Positions 48,922 to 61,866 of a DNA stretch of 64,000 nt are shown in pieces. Numbering within the stretch: position 1 is the stretch's first letter; every line of letters begins with the position of its first letter. The DNA is from Blepharisma stoltei ATCC 30299 (taxonomy: Eukaryota > Protista > Ciliophora). A program made the translations under genes and the position numbers. Below the pieces are notes generated by a model. That model was not told where the DNA came from. It worked only from the letters and a program-made list of their open reading frames with translations, and made no database searches. The stretch lies in assembly GCA_965603825.1 (NCBI GenBank), contig CBFDEM010000001.1, positions 372,001 to 436,000 on the forward strand, read 5' to 3'.

Positions 48922-51168
48922 ATGGCTGAAGGAGAGTCAGCACCACTGCTTTCAAGATCAAACGTTGACAAGGATTTAGTCTATGTGCTTCTTTTTAAAC
49001 ATCCTTTTGATGAGAAAAACCATGACTGGCTTAAGAAAAAGAAAACAATCAAAAAAGCAGTGAAACAATTTTTACGCATTTTCAAGACAACCCCAAGTGA
49101 TACCTCAAAAAGCTCTAAGGTCATCCACCGCTTCAAACACCAAATTTCATGGCTTTCAAAGTTCGAGACTGAGCCAAAATCTGAAATAACTAATGAAGAT
49201 TTTCTAACCTCAACCATTTCTGCAATCTTATATGATCTTGAGCATCTCGTCGGTTTAAGATACTCCCTTTTCTCCTCTCGTGACAAAGATGAGATCTTCT
49301 GTAAGCTCTACACTACTGAAAAATGGCTAAAAATCAAGGCAAAAGAAATTTCTTACAACTTGCAGCTTCGTGATCTGGCAACACCTGAAGAAATTGAAAA
49401 GGATCCTTTTAAGAAATATCCACCATATGCTGATTATGAAGTAGACCAAGACGAGTACGCAGAAGAGATCGAAAGTGTGTTTAAGCATTTCGATTATAAT
49501 GACAATGAAGTAAAGCAAGGAGAAACTGGGTCACTTTTCATGTACAATGATAAGGTTAGGATAGTTAAAAATATCCTTCTCCAATACTTTGACTTTAACC
49601 AGATGCAAGATTATGAAGTTTTAAATGAAGATTTCTGCGTTCATAATGAAGAAATCCTAGCTGGCCTCAAAAAAGACTGGGCAAGAGTCGGTGCGCTATT
49701 TAAAGCTCAACCACTTAATAGGATCCGCAATTATTTCGGCGAAAAAGTTTCCCTCTATTTCGCCTGGATGAGATGCTACAATTGTTTTATGATTTTTGCA
49801 GCCGTTTTTGGCCTAGCTCTCTTTATATTACAATTAACATTAGAAAGCGACCAAAAACTTTTACTTCAAATTTTCACAGTAGCCTTTTCTATTTATTTGT
49901 CATTTTGGGCAGCATTTTTCGACCAAATTTGGATCCGCAGCGAAAAAAACTATGCTTGGCAATGGGGAACTATAGGATTTGAACAAGAAGAAGACCAGAG
50001 AGGAGAATTTAAAGGCGAATTTGGTAGAGATGAGGTAACTGGGCTTATGAAAAAGCACAGAGAAAAGTCAGATAACTATAAGATCAGACAACTATTCAGC
50101 TACAGCGTTGCATGTGTATTTGTTATCTGCGTTATTGCAGCTGTGATTGGAATTTTCATATTTAGAGCTGCCAATAAAACACAGTCTTGGAGCCCACAAG
50201 TTTGCGGACTGTTAAATGCTATTCAAATTAGAATCATGAACATTGTATATGGAAAAGTTGCGCAGTTCTTAAACAGCTGGGAGAATCATGAGACAGAAAC
50301 TGAGTACAATGATAACCTGGCAGTAAAGCTTTTCCTATTTAAATTCGTGAACTCTTATATTTCACTGTTTTACATTGCATTTCTCAAAGATTATATTGAT
50401 GAATGCAAGCCAGACTGCATGACTGAGCTTTCCACACAATTAGCTTTCATTTTCATAGTAAACTTATCCTTAAATGTAGTTGAACTTGGCCTTCCTTGGT
50501 TTAAGCACAAGCTAGCAGTATGGAAAGAGAACAGAAAAGTCAAACAAATGAAAGCAGATGATGACTCTATTAGAGAGTATATGGGACCTATTGAGTCACA
50601 AGCTAAATTTGAAGATTACGAATCGCCATTAGACGATTACATGGAAATGGCTATCCAATTCGGCTATGTCGCTTTATTCTGCTCAGCATTCCCTATTCTT
50701 CCATTTTTAGCTTTAATAGAAATCACCTTAGAAATCCGTGTCGACGCCTGGAAGCTTTGCTGCTTAACCAAACGACCATTCCCTCACCGTGCTGAAGACA
50801 TCGGTGTCTGGCGAGCTATTTTGGTAACAATTGCTTATGCAGGTTCAATTAGCAACGCTGCCTTAGTCGTTTTTACATCAGGAATTTTTGATGAAGACAG
50901 CTATGATAAATATGAATTACTGTTGATCTTTATCGGGTTGGAGCATATTTTGCTATTCTCCAAGTTCATTATTTCTGTCATTATCCCTGATGTCCCTGCA
51001 TCTGTAGAAGATGGCCAAGTTTGGGGTAAAAGAATGGTTAAAGAAATAATGTACCTTAGAACTGAAGAAACCCATGGTAGAAAAGCCCAAGAAAATACTG
51101 CTGGTGACCAAGTGACGAACCAAGATATCATACTCAAAATAGGTATGATTAAATACTATGAAGACTAA
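48922..51168 (+). CDS. Anoctamin/TMEM16 family channel or scramblase
   Basis: QPLNRIRNYFGEKVSLYFAW, WENHET, FVNSY..LFYIAF, DDYMEMAIQFGYV.LF, EIRVDAWKL, AEDIGVW. Confidence 0.95.
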   Translation: MAEGESAPLLSRSNVDKDLVYVLLFKHPFDEKNHDWLKKKKTIKKAVKQFLRIFKTTPSDTSKSSKVIHRFKHQISWLSKFETEPKSEITNEDFLTSTISAILYDLEHLVGLRYSLFSSRDKDEIFCKLYTTEKWLKIKAKEISYNLQLRDLATPEEIEKDPFKKYPPYADYEVDQDEYAEEIESVFKHFDYNDNEVKQGETGSLFMYNDKVRIVKNILLQYFDFNQMQDYEVLNEDFCVHNEEILAGLKKDWARVGALFKAQPLNRIRNYFGEKVSLYFAWMRCYNCFMIFAAVFGLALFILQLTLESDQKLLLQIFTVAFSIYLSFWAAFFDQIWIRSEKNYAWQWGTIGFEQEEDQRGEFKGEFGRDEVTGLMKKHREKSDNYKIRQLFSYSVACVFVICVIAAVIGIFIFRAANKTQSWSPQVCGLLNAIQIRIMNIVYGKVAQFLNSWENHETETEYNDNLAVKLFLFKFVNSYISLFYIAFLKDYIDECKPDCMTELSTQLAFIFIVNLSLNVVELGLPWFKHKLAVWKENRKVKQMKADDDSIREYMGPIESQAKFEDYESPLDDYMEMAIQFGYVALFCSAFPILPFLALIEITLEIRVDAWKLCCLTKRPFPHRAEDIGVWRAILVTIAYAGSISNAALVVFTSGIFDEDSYDKYELLLIFIGLEHILLFSKFIISVIIPDVPASVEDGQVWGKRMVKEIMYLRTEETHGRKAQENTAGDQVTNQDIILKIGMIKYYED

Positions 51169-51202
51169 AATAATTATTTAGCTCATATATATAGAATTAA
51201 AT

Positions 51203-52309
51203 ATGATTGGAAAATTCGAACAGGCTGGCAATATTTATCCGAATAGAAACTTTAAATGAAGGACTGGACTGCAAAACTTAGGAAATACATGCTATATGAA
51301 TGCAGCAGTGCAGTGCCTAAGCAAAGTTAAGCCTATCAAAAGGTTTTTCAGAAAGCAGCAGGTTGATATGCAAGATAGAGAGCAGGATGGGTATAACTAT
51401 AAGTAATTCCTACTTAGGCTGCTTGAAGAATTTCAGAAATTGATTATATTTTTATGAGAAGGCTATCCTATGCTTTCACCTAAGGAATTTGTAAATCAGG
51501 CTTATACTTTATGCCCAGACTATCGACCTAAAACCCAGCAAGACTCCCAAGAATTTTTACGATTTTTATTAGATAGCATAGACTCTACACTTCGCCATAT
51601 CACAGGCTCATCTATAATATCAGATACATTTGTAGGGACAATAGAATGCAAAACAACATGCAGAGGTTGCAAATCTGTATCCACCAGAGACGAATCATTT
51701 TTGGATCTCTCTCTTGCAATCCCTTCAGAAATTTCCCCAAAATCATATGATATGATGGAGTGAAAAGACAAAAGCTACATGGAAGAGGCTAAAAATTCAT
51801 GGTTTAATCAAGTAAAAAGGTAAAAAAAAGTTAGCTATTTTTGAAAAGGTGGAGGGAATATAATTTCTATTTATGATTGCTTAATACATCATTTTAAGCC
51901 TGAAGTCCTTAATCAAGAGGATAATTTGTATTATTGTAGCCAATGTGAAAGCAAAAATGAAGCAAACCAAGAGCATAAAATTAAAAAACTCCCTCAAATA
52001 TTGATAATAAATTTGAAAAGATTCAAATATGCATATTGAGGCTCAAAAGTTTCTACTTATGTTCAAATACCTTTTAAACTAAACTTATCCCAGTTTAGCT
52101 GTGATGAAGGAAGCCAAAAATATCAATTGATTGCAGTGATGCAGCACTATGGCGCGATATGAAAAGGGCATTATATCGCCTACTGTAAAGACACGAAGAG
52201 AAATAAATGGTTTGAGTACGATGATTTAAGAGTCAGAGAGGTTTCAGAAAGTGACATTGTAAATGCACAGGTCTATATAGCTTTTTATGAAAAAACTGAA
52301 AAAATTTAA
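51203..52309 (+). CDS. Ubiquitin-specific protease (USP/C19); introns 51403-51417 and 51820-51834
   Basis: [42 protein letters not shown]...GHYIAY, WFEYDD; six TGA read as Trp. Confidence 0.9.
51403..51417 (+). other. 15-nt intron
   Basis: GTAATTCCTACTTAG; removes an in-frame TAA. Confidence 0.88.
51820..51834 (+). other. 15-nt intron
   Basis: GTAAAAAAAAGTTAG; removes an in-frame TAA. Confidence 0.85.
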
Positions 52310-52358
52310 AGGGTTTGGATTTAAATCTTTATAAATTTAATCCAATTATATTTATTGG

Positions 52359-53777
52359 TTAATGCTTTTGAGCAAGCACTCTTTGATATCCTTCTAAGGT
52401 CTCAATATTTCTGACTGACTCTACTGGATTTTTCCTAGCTCCAGGGTGCTCAGCCCAATACTTATTAATCCTGTCTTCCATTTCTGTTCTGAAATTCTTA
52501 ATCAGTCCTTGCACAGGCCATGCTGCTGCATCTCCTAAAGCACAAATGGTATGGCCTTCAATCTGCCTTGTCAATTCTTCCAGCATGTCAATTTCAGCGT
52601 AGTCTGCGTTACCATACTTGATTCTGGTCAAAATATCAACAAGCCATGTAGTTCCTTCCCTGCAAGGAGTGCATTGTCCACATGATTCATGCTTGTAAAA
52701 TTTAGATAACCTTAAAATGCAGTCAATAATGTCGACTGATTTGTCTATAACGATAACAGCTGCCGTACCCAGACCAGACTGGACTTCTCTTAGAGCATCG
52801 TAGTCCATAAGGACAGTTTCACATATTCTTTTAGGTAAAATAGGCACTGAAGAGCCTCCAGGGATGATACCAAGGAGATTATCCCACCCTCCTTTGACGC
52901 CTCCACAATGCCTGTCTATAAGTTCTTTTAGAGGAATTGACATTTCTTCTTCTACTGTGCAAGGATTGTTGACATGGCCTGATATACAATATAACTTGGT
53001 TCCAGCGTTGCCTTTTCTGCCAAATGAGCTGAACCAGCCTGCTCCTCTTCTCATAATTGTAGGGACAACTGAAACAGTTTCAACATTAGTGACTGTAGTT
53101 GGGCAGCCATACAAACCCATGTTGGCTGGGAATGGTGGCTTCATTCTTGGCTTTCCTTGTTTGCCTTCTAAACTTTCTAATAAAGCACTTTCTTCACCAC
53201 AGATATAAGCTCCAGCTCCTCTATGCAAATAAATATCATAATCGATGCCAGATCCACATGCATTTTTACCTAAAAATCCTCCAGCATAGGCTTCATCAAT
53301 TGCAGCTTGGATTACATTTGCTTCGTGCCAAAATTCTCCTCTCATATAGATATATCCAGCTCTAGCTCTCATAGCAGTGCCTACAATTAGCATGCCCTCA
53401 AGCAGCTTATGAGGATCATGTCTCAAAATTTCTCTATCTTTACAAGTCCCAGGCTCAGACTCATCAGCGTTGACTACTAAATATGAAGTTCTCCCATCTG
53501 ATTTTTTCGGCATAAACGAGTATTTTAACCCTGAAGGGAAGCCAGCTCCTCCACGCCCACGAAGTCCACTATCTTTGATTTCTTGGATCAGCCAATCTGG
53601 ACCCATTGACAGAATATCTTTGGTTTGATGCCAATCTCCACGTTTTTGTGCACCTTTCAGCATTGGGTCTCCATCTTTGTAGAGGTTTGTAAATATTCTG
53701 TCTTGGTCTTTTAAGCCTCCATATGTGCGCTCTGCAAAGGATCTCTTAAGTAAACCTCTTGTGAATCTTCCAAGCAT
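52359..53777 (-). CDS. NDUFV1: Complex I 51-kDa flavoprotein subunit
   Basis: [54 protein letters not shown]. Confidence 0.98.
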   Translation of the reverse strand: MLGRFTRGLLKRSFAERTYGGLKDQDRIFTNLYKDGDPMLKGAQKRGDWHQTKDILSMGPDWLIQEIKDSGLRGRGGAGFPSGLKYSFMPKKSDGRTSYLVVNADESEPGTCKDREILRHDPHKLLEGMLIVGTAMRARAGYIYMRGEFWHEANVIQAAIDEAYAGGFLGKNACGSGIDYDIYLHRGAGAYICGEESALLESLEGKQGKPRMKPPFPANMGLYGCPTTVTNVETVSVVPTIMRRGAGWFSSFGRKGNAGTKLYCISGHVNNPCTVEEEMSIPLKELIDRHCGGVKGGWDNLLGIIPGGSSVPILPKRICETVLMDYDALREVQSGLGTAAVIVIDKSVDIIDCILRLSKFYKHESCGQCTPCREGTTWLVDILTRIKYGNADYAEIDMLEELTRQIEGHTICALGDAAAWPVQGLIKNFRTEMEDRINKYWAEHPGARKNPVESVRNIETLEGYQRVLAQKH

Positions 53778-54073
53778 TTTTTATTTAGGATAAATTTTTA
53801 AAAGAAATTATTTGTATACAAAAAAGATTATAAACAACTAGTAATCACAATTGCGGAAAAACGAATTAACGCTAAAAATGAAAATTTTGATAAAAATAGA
53901 ATTTGGCATATCTATAATAGTTCAAAATAATCTAAAATATAATAATGAAGATAGGGAAAAATCTATAAAAAAGATTAAAAAATAATTAATTGACCTTTTC
54001 GAATTATAAAGTGAATTTTCTTATTTAATTGATTATTTTTATTACTTTATTAAAAGCCCTCTCCACACCTTAA

Positions 54074-55228
<1,155 letters not shown>

Positions 55229-55275
55229 TCATTTCTTAGGGGATGTGGAAGTCATAATTATCAATTATTTAGAAG

Positions 55276-56181
55276 ATGACTTCTAGTTTTTCAAGTAATT
55301 TTTATTATGTTGAAAATAATATGAAAATACTTGAAGAGAAAGCTGCAGTTGAAGGAAGCGAAAATATAGAGGAGTTTGATGAGACGAATATATATTTAAT
55401 GAGTTCTATGGATGAATTGATCTCAACTTTGACAATTTTTGACACAAATACTTGGAGGGAAGATAAAAAAGAAATAAAAATTAATAACCTAGGCAAAGAA
55501 AGCTGTGTTGTTAAGCTGCCAAATTTCAAGATATTTTGTGCTAGTTCTGGATCGAATTATAAGTATGGGTTAGCCTGCGTTATTGATACAAAAAATTGGA
55601 CATATACTCTCTTACCTTCAAAAGAATGATATCGAGAAACTGTTGGAGCATATTACAAAAACCAAATTTATGTATTTGGAGGAATTAAAGATGAGGGTAG
55701 CAGCCACAGTTGTGTGCCACTTGCATATAAATTTGATTTACTGCAAAAGCAATGGCGAGCTGTATCTTCATTGCCAATTGGATCAGATAAATGCTCGTGT
55801 ATTACTTTTAACAAAAAAATTTTAATTGTTGGGAATCAGCATCGGCACATTTATTCTTATGATGTGGATTCTGATTCTTATTCAATAATTACAAATTCTG
55901 ATATGAATATTGGAATTAACAATTTTAAACTTTTAGTTTCTGCTAAAAAGAGAGTCTATTTGATGCAGGAATGAGGAATGATGTATGAAAGTGAAATTCT
56001 AAATGAGCATTCTTGGGAAAATATATTAGAATGCTGGGATTTTTATAATTGATGGAACATGTATTATGTTGTAAATGAAAATATGATTTATATTGGATCA
56101 AATCAGATATTCCTTAATAATTATTTTCAATTTAATTTGGATACTAAAAAATTGAAAAAAATTGAGCTAGCTAATGCATAA
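55276..56181 (+). CDS. Divergent kelch-like beta-propeller protein, paralog 1
   Basis: CVVKLPNFKIFC, YYKNQIYVFGG, FDLLQKQW; one frame with TGA=Trp. Confidence 0.8.
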
Positions 56182-56308
56182 ATTATTTATTAAAATTGAG
56201 ACTCAGTAATTTTATGGAAAAACTCTATAATATAAAGGTTTCTGTAAGCATAACAGGTACTTATTTATTATCTAAATAAGAAATTAATTGAAATGCATAT
56301 TAAAAAAT

Positions 56309-56570
56309 ATGATTAGGCTTGGAAGAAATACCACAGAAAAAGATTCCAAAAATGAAGAAGAATCTGATAATACCCACGTTTACTTAATGATCGATGATGG
56401 AGGTCAAAATAAATTTCTAATGGCAATTTTTGATATTAAGTCTTCAGTGAAGAAAAAAGAAAGTAGGTAGTAATTTAGTTGATAGAGGAATTTGTATTAT
56501 TAATCTACCCAATTCTAGACTGTTTTATTTTGGCAATTGATCTTATTCGAAATGCACATCTAATAATTAA
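56309..56570 (+). pseudogene. Truncated kelch-like paralog
   Basis: DNTHVY, IFD and GICIINLPN align with both neighbours; frame break at 56463-56478 and homology lost after about 85 codons. Confidence 0.72.
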
Positions 56571-56728
56571 GAAACACTAGATTATATTATTGTTTAATTA
56601 ATGAATAAGAGCAAAAGGCGTAGTCTTTATAGAGTTTTAGATGAAATACTTGTATTGAAGCAATAGACTATAAATACTAGTTGCTTTTTGTGAAAAGTTT
56701 TCTCCATTAACATTTATTAGAACTAAAT

Positions 56729-57583
56729 ATGAAAACTCTTGGTAGAGACATCACAGAAACAAATGTTGAAAATAAAGAGAAATTTGATAATACCCACATT
56801 TATTCTACAAGCAAAACAACCATAGCTTACTCATCAATATTAATATTTGATACTAAGACTCACAGTGAGAAAGAAAAAAAAATAAAAATTCCACTGCTTG
56901 ATTTCGGAACTTGCATAATTAATTTGCCAAACTTTAAGCTGTTTTGCTATGGCTCGAGTATTATCAGTAAGGGATTTGCATGCATTATTGACACAATTAA
57001 CTTATCTTATAAACTTTTACCTTCAGTATCTAACTCAGTTCAAGCTGAAGGTGTTTATTACGAAAATAAAGTGTATGTATTTGGAGGGTATAAATTCAAT
57101 AATTCCCCATTAGAACATACTTTCGATTTTTCAAAAAATCAATGATTTACCATATCTGCACTGCCCGTTGATTCTATTAAATGCTCATGTATTGTCTTTA
57201 ACAAAAAAATCCTGATTTCAGGAAGCAAGCATTCTTGCATTTATTTATATGATTTTAATATAGATTCTTACACTATAATCCCACAATCAAAAATAAGCCT
57301 AAGAGCTGGCATATGCAAATTTTTAGTCACTGATAAAATAAGAGCTTACGCAATAGGGCAATTAGGAGCTATTTATGAAAGCGAAATTTTAGACGAGTAT
57401 TCATGAAAAAAGGTGAAAGACATTTATGATGTTTCATTTTATTATGATAAAATGAGTTATGTGCTGTATGGAAATCACGCATATTTTTGAATTTCGATCC
57501 AATTTCATCATGATTACTATCGATTTAATTTGGATACGAAAACGTTTGAAAGAGTTCAAATCAATAATTGTGTAATATTTTAG
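56729..57583 (+). CDS. Divergent kelch-like beta-propeller protein, paralog 2
   Basis: GTCIINLPNFKLFC, YYENKVYVFGG, KCSCIVFNKKIL, IYESEILDEYS[W]; ends in TAG 57581-57583. Confidence 0.8.
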
Positions 57584-57718
57584 TAAATTACTATTAAATA
57601 TTGATTCCTTTCTATAATAATGATATGAAAATGCCATTTATTTTAAATTAATAGATGAGAGTTTATCAATTAAAGTTAACTGCAATTTTATATAGAGTTT
57701 TTGAATTTTGACTAATTA

Positions 57719-59512
57719 TTAATTATTTGATATATTGATTGAAGAAGCACGAGATACTGACTCACTTTCTCGTTTTTCTACTAATCTGTACGTTAAAGCC
57801 GAAGACCAGGAGTCCAAATTATCACTCACCAAGTAATTCGGCAGCTGTATCCACATTTCTCTTGCTAAATTAATCATTTCTGCTTTAAAACTATATCCAC
57901 CCACGCAATAAGCATTTCCATTAAAATACGTAACTTTATTTCTCAAGTCCCTTCCTTCAGTCATCATCGGCAGCGAGACCCAGCTTTCTGTTTCTATATC
58001 TAGCTTTTCAACCGATAATGAAAACCCTGACGAAAATCCTCCTCCTAATACAATAACTTTATTTCTCTCAGGAGAAAAACATGCACAATTTGATAGCGGA
58101 AATTGTAGATTTGCCCTTGATTCAGTCCAAGTATTGAGCTCTGGGTTATATTTTTCAATGCTACTTAATCTTTGAGTCCCATCATATCCTCCAAAAATAT
58201 AAATATAGCGATTATTTACAACTGTCGCACTGAAAGCACAGCGTGGGACATTCATGTTAGCGCATTCTTCCCAGCTATCAGTTTGTATGCAATACCTTTC
58301 ACATTGCTTAAGGAAGGTGTTAGCCATCCCATCATAGCCGCCTAATGCATAAACATAATTGTTTATGCAGACTGCAGAGTGCTCTTTCCTGATCTGCATC
58401 ATAGGCTCTTTTAAATATATTGTCTTGTTCTTGTAATGGTATACAGAGTTCGAGCTTCCTCCACCAGTTATAAGTGCGCTACCGTCAGGTAGAGCAACTG
58501 CGGCTGCATAGTAGTTGAATTCATAAGCACCGTAATAGGTTTTTAAGTCCCAAGTATTAGAGGTGATATCATATGTCATTACTTTGTTCTTGTCGCCAAA
58601 ATAACAGATCACGGGCTCTATGATTTCATAGTTTCTTCTGGGATCTCATATGATGTTTCCAATACTTTGAATATAGTCTAAATATGATGTAATGTTTATG
58701 TCAACTGTAGGACACATAGTATGCAAATTTAAAGTCCCAGCTGTCGCAGGCTCTAAATTTTCTACTTTTTCTCTAATTAAGTTAACCTCTTCTGCGTATT
58801 TTCCTCCAGCTAAATCTGCGTCATTTAAAAATTGCAATTCTTCAGCCTTTTTTAGCAAAATCTGTCTCACATTCAAAATTTCGAGCTCTTGAGCATCAAG
58901 TTTGGTTTGTTCTTCTTTGAGTCTGTTTATCTCTATTCCAAGCATGCCTTCATATGCATTTAAGAGCTGCTCTTTCCGATTTGATAATAATTCAATTAAA
59001 ATATTGAAATCGCTTTCTATTTTCATCTTGTCTGCTTCTTTTCTTTGCATTAAAGAGGATTCTTCTTTAGCAATTTCTTTTTTCGCGTTATTTGATTTAT
59101 CAATACAGCCATCAAGTCTACTAGCGATTTTGTCAACTCTTGACTTTAAAACTTTAATGCTTTCTTCTTGCTTCACAAACTGATGGCCACTATGCTGAAT
59201 TATGCATTCAATGCATATACATTCCTCACATGTATTACAAAAAAATTTTATAGGGTCGATCGGGTGTTTATCACACATAACAAGCTTTTTTCGATCTTCA
59301 TGATATTTTCTTGCTAAATCAGCAGCTATAAAGTTAACAGGAAGTGATTTAGGTACTACGTTAGTAAAAGTTTTTCGACAAGCTGGACATTGAATTCTGA
59401 GGTTCTGCTGGATGCGTGCTAAACATTCCTCACAAAATGTATGGCCGCATTCAAGATAGTGAGGTTTTTTTGTTTCATCATTGTAAACATCAAAACAGGT
59501 TGGGCACTCCAT
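57719..59512 (-). CDS. TRIM-like RING + B-box + coiled-coil + Kelch repeat protein (597 aa)
   Basis: CPTC...CGHTFCEEC...CPAC; CDKH...FFC..C...C..C..H.GH; GG-Y-W kelch repeats; joined at TGA 58646. Confidence 0.9.
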
Positions 59513-59535
59513 TTATAAATTTCAAATTATTTTAT

Positions 59536-60285
59536 TTAAATTTCATAAATTTTTCTGGTATTGGGTTTCAGTGTTTCAATTCTTTTTTCAAAGCTTTCTA
59601 GCTCTGAATTTATTTGGAGAGTTATATCAATACTTTCTCTGCTGCTTTTGCAGGCTCTTTCTTTATGATATCGCCTAAACGTGACATCACAGCTTATAGG
59701 TCTTGCTGGTTTTTCTGGTGTGTTGACCCTGCTTGTCCTTCTTGAAGATAATTGGATTTTTTCTTTTAGATTTTTTATATGATTTATTTCGAACCTGTAG
59801 TTGTTTTTCTTATGGTTGATGTTTCATGAAAACATTCCTTGGTATTTTTTAAACCCTTCTGGAGAATCATACCTTCTTTTTCAATATCTATTATAGCCTG
59901 AAGTTTTTTGAGGCATTTCTGCATAATCTAAGTCTAGGCTTTTGCTGGGACTTATAGAATCTTTATCAGGGTCGCATTTTCCATGAAATAAATAATTTTG
60001 GTATGTAAATTTTCTTTTATCAATAATTTTATATTGTTTTTGGGTTGGGATAAATCGGTCTGGAGATGTGGATTTTCTGTCTGTATACTGAATTTTCATT
60101 TCTCGAGTGAGAACTGGGACATTAGATAAATGAAATGATACAGGACTTTCCGATGAGACACCTAATTTTAATTCTGGATTGAACTGCTTGCTTGGTCTTG
60201 TCTCAGGTCTTTTCAGTCTTAATATAAATGGACTTATAAGATTTTCTGGAAAATCTTGGCTAACTGCTGTAGTTCTTCCTTTCAT
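59536..60285 (-). CDS. Hypothetical basic low-complexity protein (249 aa)
   Basis: One frame through two TGA to TAA 59536-59538. Confidence 0.72.
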
Positions 60286-60322
60286 TAACTCTATTTATGC
60301 ACAATAATTTCATTTTCTTATA

Positions 60323-61825
60323 ATGCTTAAATCCTCAATAGTTAGGTCCTTCGCGGAAAAAGCAAGCAAAATCATAGAAAATGAGCTTTATAATAACCCT
60401 CATTTCGAAAGGGCCTTCCCACATCTTGCAAAAAAACTTGATGAAGTAAAAGTGACAGGCTCAGAGCCAAGTTGGGGTGATTCTCTGTTTTACAAGGGTA
60501 AAGGTCGTCCACTGAAAGAGCATGACGCTATCCATGAAGACGAAAAAAACTTCTATGAAGGCTACCGAGCCCCTGCAGGGCCTTTAAAATGGATGAGCAA
60601 AGAAGAAAAAGAGCGAATCCACAACCAAATTGATTACAAAATGGACCAATTAGAAAAAACTGGGCTTTCCCGTGAAGAAATTTTGTACAATAAGCCAGGC
60701 GGCTTATCATTATCAGAAGATCCAGTTTTTCAATACTTGCGATACAATAGAGATGCAAGAGAAATGATGGTAAAGCCAGGAGAAGAGTTTACAGTCCAAA
60801 AAGTCATTGATTACGCCTTAAGACAGGACACAGGGATTGATAGATCAAGGGCTGCACTGCCTAAAGATGAAATTTATGAGCATGAAGTCCCTGATTCTTA
60901 TGATTATGAAGTTGCAGCTGGAAAATTGTACCCTAATAAAATCCAGCCTTATGATTATTATTATAAACATGGATGGAAAAGCAAAGTAGGAACTTATAAC
61001 AGATATTTTAGGTATGGAGGGCAAATGTACCCTGAGCCTGTATGGACAAGAGATAGGACAAGGAGGAGAAATATGAGAGAAGTTAATTTGGATGATATTG
61101 ATTATAAAAACACTGAGTTTTTAGCACAGTTTATGACACCTGCTGGGCTGATTAAAAATAGATGGCAGACAAGGCTAAAGGCAAAAACACAAAGAAGAGT
61201 AGCAAGAGCTATTAAACATGCAAGAAATCTAAACTTGTTTCCATTCACAGGCTATATTTTGCCTCCGCATAAGATGAATTTGGTCCCAATTCATATGCAA
61301 AACTACAACAACATGGTAATCCACTCTGAAACTGGAACTGTTTTCTCTAAAAAATACGAAGCTGAAGTTACAAGACTTAATGAAATAGAATACCCTAACA
61401 CCATAGAAAAGGCTGCACAAAGGTTTAAGTTTGACTCAACAGAAGATGACATTGTTAACACAATGAAGAAATTTAGCGAGCTTATTGACGTTGATATACA
61501 GTGGATACCTTCAAAACAGCAAGTTAGAATCTTAGAAGCCCAAGAGTACTTGAAAACAAAGCAAGGAGAAGGGCAAAAAATGCTTGAGGAGCTTAAGCAA
61601 AAAATTAAAGTCCCAAGTTCATTTGACATAGCCTCAATTTTTGTGAAAGAAAAAGCAGCATCAGTAGAGTTACTTCAAGAGAAGCCTACTGAAGAGCCAC
61701 CAAGAAAAAATGTGCTGAATTTATGGGAAGAAATAAATGAAATCAAAAAGTCAGTTGGAATTGAGCCAAGTCATCCGAAATGGGTTGAAGAATTAGTAAG
61801 TCCAACGCCAATTCAGCCAATTTAA
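60323..61825 (+). CDS. Mitochondrial ribosomal protein with a bS18 domain and long extensions
   Basis: Presequence MLKSSIVRSF; IDYKNTEFLAQFMTPAGLIKNRWQTRL..KTQRRVARAIKHAR.LNLFPF. Confidence 0.85.
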   Translation: MLKSSIVRSFAEKASKIIENELYNNPHFERAFPHLAKKLDEVKVTGSEPSWGDSLFYKGKGRPLKEHDAIHEDEKNFYEGYRAPAGPLKWMSKEEKERIHNQIDYKMDQLEKTGLSREEILYNKPGGLSLSEDPVFQYLRYNRDAREMMVKPGEEFTVQKVIDYALRQDTGIDRSRAALPKDEIYEHEVPDSYDYEVAAGKLYPNKIQPYDYYYKHGWKSKVGTYNRYFRYGGQMYPEPVWTRDRTRRRNMREVNLDDIDYKNTEFLAQFMTPAGLIKNRWQTRLKAKTQRRVARAIKHARNLNLFPFTGYILPPHKMNLVPIHMQNYNNMVIHSETGTVFSKKYEAEVTRLNEIEYPNTIEKAAQRFKFDSTEDDIVNTMKKFSELIDVDIQWIPSKQQVRILEAQEYLKTKQGEGQKMLEELKQKIKVPSSFDIASIFVKEKAASVELLQEKPTEEPPRKNVLNLWEEINEIKKSVGIEPSHPKWVEELVSPTPIQPI

Positions 61826-61866
61826 TTTTATTTATTAATAGGGGACTTTTAGATTAATCTTAAAAA

